Origin: Eledone cirrhosa
Taxonomy: Eukaryota
Direction of reading: 5' to 3'
DNA length: 64,000 nt
Assembly: GCA_964016885.1 (NCBI GenBank)
Contig: OZ024749.1
Coordinates: 6,386,001 to 6,450,000, forward strand
Part shown: positions 54,280 to 64,000 of the stretch, piece by piece
Layout: every line of letters starts with the position of its first letter
Numbering within the stretch: the stretch's first letter is position 1
Translations under genes and position numbers: made by a program
Notes under the pieces: generated by a model
The model's database searches: none
Told to the model about the DNA's origin: nothing
The model's input: only the letters and a program-made list of their open reading frames with translations

Positions 54280-55140
54280 AGTGAAAGAGTGAAGAATAAT
54301 ATGGTTGGCTGTACAAAAAAGGTTTTATTTACAGTATTAATTGTTTCATTGATCAGGTGAGTCTAAAGGCCGCTGCTCACTCAAAATTGCACCACTCGAC
54401 CTTAAATACAGTGAGTGTCTCTGATCAAATCATCAGAATACTGGAAGGTGTAGCACATGGCACTAGTATTTATAGATACATCGGATAATCAAGGGAATGA
54501 AAACAATAACACCAATAATAAAAGATAATAAAATAAAGTATTAAAAAATAAAAATGTTAAAAAAGTAAAAAAAACATGGTTACTGATAATAGTAGTAGTG
54601 GTGGTGGTAGTTGAAGTTATAATGGTGAGTAAGTGGATGTTTGAAATAGTGATGATGGTAATGATAACAATAACATGAGAAGAAACACAGTTTATGGTAG
54701 CCGAAATGTAGTGTATTGAGTTCAGGGATTAGGCGAAATAAAAATGCAAAAAGTACAAACAAATATCAGAGGATTTAAAATAAAAAATAAAAAGTAAGCG
54801 AGAAAGAGAGTAAAGAATAAGGATTCAAGGATAAGACATAAAGGATAGGATTAAGGACCGGAGGGGTGGTGGGGAACAGTAAATAGATAAATAGAGAATA
54901 AAAAGGGAAAGGGCAGTGATGATATATGGGTGGTTAAGGTCTGGGAGATTGATTGTTTTATCTTAATGGACCGTGATCTAACTAGAAAGAGAAAGAAAGG
55001 TTGATTTATTGATCGGTTGGTCTGTTGACAGCTAATAACAGTGGAGTGGTGTGAAGTTAGGACATTTAAATCTGGGAGGTTCTGACTGAATACTGAGATT
55101 GGTGGATCGAATCATGCCAGTCGTGGTTTGAAGTTGGAGA
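54280..55140 (-). mobile_element. Penelope-like 3' remnant with a hammerhead at 54332-54443
   Basis: CAGTATT-CTGATGA-T-TTGATCAG..CTGATCAA-T-GAAACAATT-AATACTG (cleavage triplet apparently deleted); upstream degenerate ..SI..IK..PDLN. Confidence 0.6.
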
Positions 55141-55159
55141 ATATATATATATATATATA

Positions 55160-55354
55160 TCATCATCATCATCATTTTACGTCCACTTTTCCCTGCTTGC
55201 AAGGGTGGGACGGGAACTGATTCTGGGAACTGATTCTACAGCTGAGTAAACTGGAGCAATGTGAAATAAAGTGTCTTGCTCAAGGACACAACACATCACC
55301 CGGTCTGAGAATTGAACTCACAAACTCTCGATTGCAAGGCCAATGCTCTAACCA
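55160..55354 (-). mobile_element. SINE family A, internally deleted
   Basis: Tail joined directly to the core. Confidence 0.85.
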
Positions 55355-55557
55355 CGAGAAAGAGAAAAAAAGGGGGGATAGGTGATACATATAGTTATTT
55401 GCCAAGTAGCGTATGCTAAAGGTGCTCGATACTAGTGCCGGCAGTATTAAATATTCGAAGTGTTAATATTTAGTGGGCTAGAGAGTTAGCAGAGCGTAAG
55501 CACGTGGGAAAGTAAAAAATCGGAGAATAGACCGTTAAAACATGTTTATTTAAAACA

Positions 55558-55597
55558 GCACCTACGTACGTTTCGCCCAGTTGGGCTTCTCAAGGGC
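55558..55597 (-). ncRNA. Minimal hammerhead, U3-A8 variant
   Basis: GCCC-TTGAGAA-GCCCAACTGGGC-GAAA-C-GTAC-G-TA-GGTGC; palindromic stem III. Confidence 0.7.
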
Positions 55598-55723
55598 ATA
55601 AATAATCACAAGTGTTCCTTATATTGCTCGGAAAGAGTTTTTGGGGTTAAATATATATATATATATATATAAGTTATAAATATATAAGTTATAAGAATCA
55701 AAGTTCTGTTCAAATCATTTATA

Positions 55724-55770
55724 TGCCTACAATTGTTTCCTCCAAACCGAGGTTTGGATTCTTCGGAGCA
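55724..55770 (-). ncRNA. Minimal hammerhead with a U4C core change
   Basis: TGCT-CCGAAGA-A-TCCAAACC-TC-GGTTTGGA-G-GAAA-C-AATT-G-TA-GGCA. Confidence 0.6.
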
Positions 55771-55925
55771 ATTTATTAATGGATGATCACATATATGACC
55801 TCCTTTTCAACCAAAGAGACATACAGATACACATGCCAATATTATTGCTTGGTGGGTCGACATCCATTATAACATTTAGCGTGGCAGTATACATTTAAAG
55901 ATTACATTCATATCAAATACCTTAA

Positions 55926-55964
<39 letters not shown>

Positions 55965-56113
55965 CATATATAAGCAAACGGGATATTCAATTTGTTGCTA
56001 ATTCAACAAATATAAATGTTTATAACTGATTCAGAGCACTCGACAGGTTTTCTGGAGTATAATATTCAATGATATTAAATAAATAAAACACTAAATTTAT
56101 AAAACATACTTTG

Positions 56114-56175
56114 TATTTTATCTGATGAAAGCGTACCAAAGTTTTTGGTACCCTTGAAATATATATAATAGAATA
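56114..56175 (+). ncRNA. Minimal type I hammerhead ribozyme in element 55970-56240
   Basis: TATTTTAT-CTGATGA-AAGCGTACCAAA-GTT-TTTGGTACCCTT-GAAA-T-ATAT-A-TA-ATAGAATA; predicted cleavage after 56167. Confidence 0.8.
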
Positions 56176-56237
56176 AATATGGTTTTATAAATATATATAT
56201 ATAGAGAGTTTCCATTTATTTAATATCATTGAATACA

Positions 56238-56291
<54 letters not shown>

Positions 56292-56294
<3 letters not shown>

Positions 56295-56500
56295 TCATCA
56301 TCAGCAACATCAGCATCATCATCATCACCATGTTATGTCCATTCTTCCAAACTAGCATGGGTTAGACGGGTTGTCCTGTTGTGGGCAATGCCAGGTCGGG
56401 CGACATTGTCTTGCTCATACGGGAACTGATTCTGGCTTGATTTCTTCAGCTGGATGCCCTTCCCAACAGTGAATACTGGGTGCTGTTTACTGTGGCGCCT
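56292..56500 (-). mobile_element. RTE LINE 3' UTR fragment
   Basis: Reverse complement of the 11470-11673-type sequence. Confidence 0.8.
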
Positions 56501-56519
56501 ACATATATATATATATATA

Positions 56520-56811
56520 TCATCATCATCATCATTTTACGTCTGCTTTTCCCTGCTTGCAAGGGTGGGATGGGAACTGGTTCTGGCTTGATTTCTACAG
56601 CTGGATGCCCTTCCTAACACCAACCTCATTTACAGTGAGTGCTGGGTGCTTTTTTGCCGTGGCACGACCACTTTGCAGTGGAATGATAGGGACCCCAGTC
56701 CCTATCATCTCATTTCTACAGCTGATCACCCGGTCTGATCACCCGGTCTGAGAATTGAACATCCTTTCGATTGCAAGGCCAATGCTCTAACCACTAAGCC
56801 ATGTGCCTCCA
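56520..56811 (-). mobile_element. SINE family A with small deletions
   Basis: Same consensus. Confidence 0.85.
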
Positions 56812-56924
56812 TATATATATATATATATATATTGAGGGTTACCGGCCAAAGTGGAAGATGCTAGATGGTCGGTCGTCCTCGGGTCTATGATTTTCAGCCC
56901 CATGGATTTCATCTGCTACATTCA

Positions 56925-57003
56925 TTTATTATATTTCGAATACCTGATGATATCACCGGATTCATACGGAACCCGGTCATTGAAATGATCATAGTATAAT
57001 AAA
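56925..57003 (+). ncRNA. Minimal type I hammerhead in element 56832-57052
   Basis: ATAC-CTGATGA-TATCACCGGATTC..GAACCCGGTCATT-GAAA-T-GATC-A-TA-GTAT; predicted cleavage after 56993. Confidence 0.68.
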
Positions 57004-57084
57004 CCTTTCAAGGATTTACACAAGTCCAGCCTCCTGTTATTTTATTATAATTATATATATATATATATAGATATGTATATATAT

Positions 57085-57604
57085 ATATTTCGTTTCTGAA
57101 TTTGTTTAGCAAGATTCTTTATCTGAAATCGTGTGTTGAAACCGATATTGTTATACTTTGGGAGGGTCATGTTGCCAATAAGAAACACACGCACCAGTTG
57201 CTTTCACTTCAATTTATTATATATTTATAAATTTATAAATTTACAAATCTACAAACTTATAAATTTCTGGTTGGTTGGTTGGTTCCACAACCACAAAAAT
57301 GTGGCGCATGCGCAAACTGAGCACACAACACACACACAGAAACAAAATGGCGTAGGACAGAAGAAAGGAAAGGCACAGAAACAAAGAAAGGAATCCCCAG
57401 TCACTGAAGAGGTCACAGAGTGTGTGACGAAAGGACTATGACTATATATAAACAACTATCTGGTTGTGGAACCAACCAACCAACCAGAAATTTATAAGTT
57501 TGTAGATTTGTAAATTTATAAATTTATAAATATATAATAAATTGAAGTGAAAGCTACTGGTGCGTGTGTTTCTTATTGGCAACATGACCCTCCCAAAGTA
57601 TAAC

Positions 57605-57610
<6 letters not shown>
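57085..57610 (+). mobile_element. Penelope-like element: 149-bp inverted repeats (57145-57293 / 57461-57609) enclosing a hammerhead
   Basis: Arms differ at one position by eye; (TA)n flanks. Confidence 0.85.
57399..57443 (+). ncRNA. Minimal type I hammerhead ribozyme
   Basis: AGTCA-CTGAAGA-G-GTCACA-GAGTG-TGTGAC-GAAA-G-GA-C-TA-TGACT; predicted cleavage after 57438. Confidence 0.8.
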
Positions 57611-57635
<25 letters not shown>

Positions 57636-57875
57636 GCAAAAGTTTTATTTAAAATTGTTGGGTTACAACAAGTAAATATTTTATAACTGATATAAAGCAC
57701 TCGACAAGTTTTTGGAGTAGATATACGATATTAAACAAATGGAAACTATATTTATAAAACCATATTTATTTCATTATACATGAAATATGGTATATAATAT
57801 GCATATGGTATCCCTGAAATATGTATAATGAAATAAATATGGTTTTATAAATATAGTTTCCATTTGTTTAATATC

Positions 57876-57882
<7 letters not shown>
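57636..57882 (+). mobile_element. Second copy of the 55970 family; 61-bp perfect inverted repeat with a hammerhead 3' half
   Basis: Arms 57721-57781 / 57821-57881; GGTATCCCT-GAAA-T-ATGT-A-TA. Confidence 0.75.
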
Positions 57883-57910
<28 letters not shown>

Positions 57911-58162
57911 AATAAATTAACGGAGGCATAGGCCGTCGTTATTCCCTGTAAATAATGTGCTCAAAGGGGAAGAGATCCTGAGCCCTTTAAAATATAATAT
58001 GTTGAGAAGGTAACACACCAGAGAGAGATATATAGTGCGTTATCAATAATACAGGGAAAAAACCACCAGTGTATGGAATCTATAACCTATGAAAGGCAGA
58101 CTATAGACACGATAATTAAAAATATAAATTAAAGCGTAAATAAATACCTCTATAACTATATA

Positions 58163-58242
58163 ACACACGTACAAATCCAAAGATATGTTTCACCAGAAAT
58201 TTGTTGAAAGAAATGGGTTAGCCTCGGTTCATCAGCGTGTGT
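58163..58242 (-). ncRNA. Type I hammerhead ribozyme with a full stem III, in element 57907-58398
   Basis: ACACACG-CTGATGA-ACCGAGG..TTTCTGGT-GAAA-CATATC-TTTG-GATTTG-TA-CGTGTGT; GUA cleavage triplet. Confidence 0.82.
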
Positions 58243-58426
58243 AAGGCCATACATTTCAGACAACACTAAGAGAATTTTACAATTGACTGTCCAGCTACAC
58301 GTGGGAGAGAGAAGTCACAGCGTGTTTAAGGGCAGTGATCCAGTGGCCTCTGAGAGACGAACTGCTAGAAAGGGCAGCCCAAAGCCACTCAGAGAAGTGT
58401 ATATATATATATATATGATGATGATG

Positions 58427-58457
<31 letters not shown>

Positions 58458-58627
58458 CATATATGAAAAGATTCAGGATGCCGACAGCTGAGCTCTGGTC
58501 ATTACGGCAGCTAGATCTGAACGTTGCATAGTCTGGTGCATCATGGTTGAACTGGTATCCTAACACTCCCTCGCTGTTATATAGAAATGCATTATGCAAT
58601 CGCAGCATATTTCTTAACATCATTCTT

Positions 58628-58679
<52 letters not shown>

Positions 58680-58777
58680 TCATTTTACATCCGCTTCTCC
58701 CTGATTGCAAGGATATATATATATAGACTATATATATATATATATATATATATAGACTATATATATATATATTAACT

Positions 58778-58812
<35 letters not shown>

Positions 58813-58869
58813 TATATATATATATATTAACTTGTATATATATATATATATAAGCAAGAATGTGTACAG

Positions 58870-59225
58870 ATGTTTGTTTGGTTGTGTGAGTGTGGTTGTA
58901 TGTGTGTGTGTGACTGTGGTTATGTATGTGTATGTATGTATGTATATGTGTGGTTGTGTATGTATGTATATGTGTGGGGTTGTATGTATATATGTATATG
59001 TGTGAGTGTGTGGCTGTATGTGTGCATGTATATGTGTGTGTGTGGTTGTATGTGGGTATGTATATGTATATGTGTGTATGTATATGTGTGGTTGTATGTG
59101 TTTATGTATATGTATATGTGTGGTTCTATGTATGTATATGTGTGAGTGTGTGGCTGTATGTGTGTATGTATATGTGTGTGTGTGGTTGTATGTGTGTATG
59201 TATGTGTATATGTGTGGTTGTATGC
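58870..59225. repeat. GT/AT low-complexity repeat
   Basis: Direct reading. Confidence 0.8.
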
Positions 59226-59332
59226 GTGTCCACCCTGCACTAAAACAAGGAAGTCAGCAAATGGGAAGAAATGGATGAGATAATGTAATACAATCGAAAG
59301 TACTAAGACAACACACACATATACATATATAG

Positions 59333-59363
<31 letters not shown>

Positions 59364-59847
59364 CACACACACACATGTATAGATATATAGATATATACAT
59401 ACATGTCTATATATATAGATGGTGGCTGCCAACTCGTTTTCGAGTACGGCCACTACTTTATATCCATGTAGGAGAACCCCTACTGATGCGCTGAACGAGT
59501 GTGACTTTTTAGTCCAGCCAGCGACTTGAAAGCTCTGGTACAAACACTACACTTGTGACAATTATTGACACATAGTGCTGGGCCCATGGTACCATGTGAC
59601 GACAAATGCAGAGAGATCTCCAGATACAAAGCAATGCCTGTGCCGTGAAGCTTTTATAGTGAGCAAAGGCACTGCACAAAGCCAGTCCCACTCTCTTAAC
59701 CAAGATGATATTTACCAAAAAGAAGAACAAGTCAACATCATTGGATACCATCAGGGTTGCAGGTGTTATATCAGAGTTTTCCTTCTCCTAGAATTCTGCC
59801 TTGACAAAGGCTAAGGGGTCATCTCTTGACAAAGGCTAAGGGGTCAT

Positions 59848-60455
<608 letters not shown>

Positions 60456-60819
60456 ATGTGTGCAGTTTGCAGGAAGGAAGTATGAGAGATGGCAGTGACA
60501 ACATGGCAGCCTGCACTAGCAAACTGCAGAATTGCTATCATAAAAGTGTCAGTATTTCCTTTGAAATAAATGGCATAAAAATGCAAGAATGGCAGGTGAT
60601 GTGTTCCAATCAATTTATATAAGGAACCATGTTGAAACAATTCTCTTGTCTAGCAAACTATCAGAAGAGAGAGACTATCTCCTCTACTCCATTATCCATG
60701 CTGGGCCAAATTGTAAATTATTACCGTACACTGCCTCTCTTAATATTTAAACATGCTCTTGTGTTCTCAGGCAGTGTCACTCTCATTGGTTTGGTCTTGT
60801 TGTCCTGTCCTCGGCCATA

Positions 60820-61395
60820 ATGGTGGTGGTTGGTGGTGGTTGGTGGTGGTGGTGGTGGTGGTGTTGGTGGTGGTGGTGACTGTGGTGGTGGTGACTGTGG
60901 TGGTGGTGGTGGTGTTGGTGGTGGTGGTGGTTGGTGGTGGTGGTGGTGTTGTTGGTGGTGGTTGGTGGTGGTTGGTGGTGGTGGTGGTGGTGGTGTTGGT
61001 GGTGGTGGTGACTGTGGTGGTGGTGAATGTGGTGGTGGTGGTGGTGGTGGTGGTGGTGGTGTTGGTGGTGGTGGTGGTTGGTGGTGGTGGTGGTGGTGGT
61101 GTTGGTGGTGGTGGTGACTGTGGTGGTGGTGACTGTGGTGGTGGTGACTGTGGTGGTGGTGGTGGTGTTGGTGGTGGTGTTGGTGGTGGTGGTGGTTGGT
61201 GGTGGTGGTGGTGTTGTTGGTGGTGGTTGGTGGTGGTGGTGGTTGGTGGTGTTGTTGTTGTTGTTGTCACTGTTCCTGTTGTTGTTGTTACTGTCACTGT
61301 TCCTGTTGGTGGTGTTGTTGTTGTTGTTACTGTTCCTGTTGTTGTTGTTACTGTCACTGTTCCTGTTGGTGTTGTTGTCACTGTTGCTGTGGTTG
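60820..61395. repeat. (GGT)n grading into (GTT)n repeat
   Basis: Direct reading. Confidence 0.9.
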
Positions 61396-61454
61396 CAATC
61401 ATTGTAGTCACTGCATAACAACCATGACAATGACCACAGTAGTCACTGCATAGT

Positions 61455-64000
61455 CAATGCGTGGTCAATGTATGGTCAATGTATGGTCAGTGTATGGTCA
61501 ATGTGTGGTCCATGTATGGTCAATGTATGGTCAATGTGTGGTCCTAGTATGGTCAGTGGATGGTCAATGTGTGGTCCTAGTATGGTCAGTGTATGGTCAA
61601 TGTGTGGCCCTAGTATGGTCAGTGTGTGGTCAATATGTGATCCCAGTGCGGTCAGTGTATGGTCAATATGTGGTCTTTGTATGGTCAGTGTATGGTCAAT
61701 TTGTAGTCCATGTATGGTCAGTATATAGCCACTATGTAGTCACTATGTGGTCAGTGTATTGTCACGGTGTAGTCACTATGTGGTCAGTATATAGCCACTG
61801 TGTAGCCACTATGTGGTCAGTGTATCGTCACTGTGTAGCCACTGTATGGTCAGTGTATGGTCAATTGGTGGTATATGTATGGTCAGTGTATGGTCACTGT
61901 GTGGTCAGTGTATGGTCACTGTGTAGCCACTGTGTGGTCAGTGTATCGTCACTGTGTAGCCACTGTGTGGTCAGTGTATGGTCACTGTGTAGCCACTGTG
62001 TGGTATGTGTATCGTCACTGTGTAGCCAATGTGTGGTCAGTATATAGCCACTGTGTAGTCACTATGTGGTCAGTGTATGGTCACTGTGTAGCCACTGTGT
62101 GGTCAGTGTATGGTCACTGTGTAGCCAGTGTGGTCAGTGTATCGTCACTGTGTAGCCACTGTGTGGTCAGTGTATGGTCACTGTGTAGCCACTGTGTGGT
62201 CAGTGTATGGTCACTGTGTAGCCACTGTGTGGTCAGTGTATGGTCACTGTGTAGCCACTGTGTGGTCAGTGTATCGTCACTGTGTAGCCACTGTGTGGTC
62301 AGTGTATGGTCACTGTGTAGCCACTGTGTGGTCAGTGTATGGTCACTGTGTAGCCACTGTGTGGTCAGTGTATCGTCACTGTGTAGCCACTGTGTGGTCA
62401 GTGTATGGTCACTGTGTAGCCACTGTGTGGTCAGTGTATCGTCACTGTGTAGCCACTGTGTGGTCAGTGTATGGTCACTGTGTAGCCACTGTGTGGTCAG
62501 TGTATGGTCACTGTGTAGCCACTGTGTGGTCAGTGTATCGTCACTGTGTAGCCACTGTGTGGTCAGTGTATGGTCACTGTGTAGCCACTGTGTGGTCAGT
62601 GTATCGTCACTGTGTAGCCACTGTGTGGTCAGTGTATGGTCACTGTGTAGCCACTGTGTGGTCAGTGTATCGTCACTGTGTAGCCATTGTGTGGTCAGTG
62701 TATCGTCACTGTGTAGCCACTGTGTGGTCAGTGTATGGTCACTGTGTAGCCACTGTGTGGTCAGTGTATCGTCACTGTAGCCACTGTGTGGTCAGTGTAT
62801 CGTCACTGTGTAGCCACTGTGTGGTCAGTGTATCGTCACTGTGTAGCCACTGTGTGGTCAGTGTATGGTCACTGTGTAGCCACTGTGTGGTCAGTGTATC
62901 GTCACTGTGTAGCCACTGTGTGGTCAGTGTATGGTCACTGTGTAGCCACTGTGTGGTCAGTGTATGGTCACTGTGTAGCCACTGTGTGGTCAGTGTATCG
63001 TCACTGTGTGGTCAGTGTATGGTCACTGTGTAGCCACTGTGTGGTCAGTGTATCGTCACTGTGTAGCCACTGTGTGGTCAGTGTATGGTCACTGTGTAGC
63101 CACTGTGTGGTCAGTGTATGGTCACGGTGTAGCCACTGTGTGGTCAGTGTATCGTCACTGTGTAGCCACTGTGTGGTCAGTGTATCGTCACTGTGTAGCC
63201 ACTGTGTGGTCAGTGTATCGTCACTGTGTAGCCACTGTGTGGTCAGTGTATCGTCACTGTAGCCACTGTGTGGTCAGTATATCGTCACTGTGTAGCCACT
63301 GTGTGGTCAGTGTATGGTCACTGTGTAGCCACTGTGTGGTCAGTGTATGGTCACTGTGTAGCCACTGTGTGGTCAGTGTATCGTCACTGTGTAGCCACTG
63401 TGTGGTCAGTGTATCGTCACTGTGTAGCCACTGTGTGGTCAGTGTATCGTCACTGTGTAGCCACTGTGTGGTCAGTGTATCGTCACTGTAGCCACTGTGT
63501 GGTCAGTATATCGTCACTGTGTAGCCACTGTGTGGTCAGTGTATGGTCACTGTGTAGCCAATGTGTGGTCAGTGTATGGTCACTGTGTAGCCACTGTGTG
63601 GTCAGTGTATGGTCACTGTGTAGCCACTGTGTGGTCAGTGTATCGTCACTGTAGCCACTGTGTGGTCAGTATATCGTCACTGTGTAGCCACTGTGTGGTC
63701 AGTGTATCGTCACTGTGTAGCCACTGTGTGGTCAGTGTATCGTCACTGTGTAGCCACTGTGTGGTCAGTGTATCGTCACTGTGTAGCCACTGTGTGGTCA
63801 GTGTATGGTCACTGTGTAGTCACTATGTGGTCAGTGTATGGTCACTGTGTAGCCACTGTGTGGTCAGTGTATGGTCACTGTGTAGCCACTGTGTGGTCAG
63901 TGTATCGTCACTGTGTAGCCACTGTGTGGTCAGTGTATGGTCACTGTGTAGCCACTGTGTGGTCAGTGTATGGTCACTGTGTAGCCACTGTGTGGTCAGT
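61455..64000. repeat. 33-bp satellite (3 x 11-bp subunits), truncated by window end
   Basis: CACTGTGTAGC-CACTGTGTGGT-CAGTGTATSGT. Confidence 0.96.

Noticed and set aside
60753-63654. Mucin-like, poly-His and HCVATVWSVYG ORFs
   Set aside because: Trinucleotide and 33-bp satellite translations without splice or start context

Overview
Repeat-dominated, AT-rich animal genomic DNA, most likely an octopus or other coleoid cephalopod (inferred from the SINE/RTE repertoire and microsatellite load). The only host coding sequence I can support is one 138-bp, phase 0-0 exon on the minus strand (46868-47005) that resembles CCDC39, so most of the window is probably giant introns of that gene. The window also holds: large minisatellite arrays (16, 17, 25, 33, 49 and 72 bp units); two young 5'-truncated RTE-clade LINE copies; two main tRNA-derived SINE families; TTAA-flanked piggyBac-type MITEs plus a fossil piggyBac-like transposase; Helentron-associated (HINE/DINE-like) elements; and CR1 and R4/Dong-like fragments. 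The most notable signal is a population of type I hammerhead-ribozyme motifs (about 15 complete or partial, on both strands, densest at 51.3-58.4 kb). They sit in several unrelated short Penelope-like/retrozyme-like elements inserted in (TA)n tracts, often enclosed by long inverted repeats. All structures were read by eye; no searches or folding programs were run.
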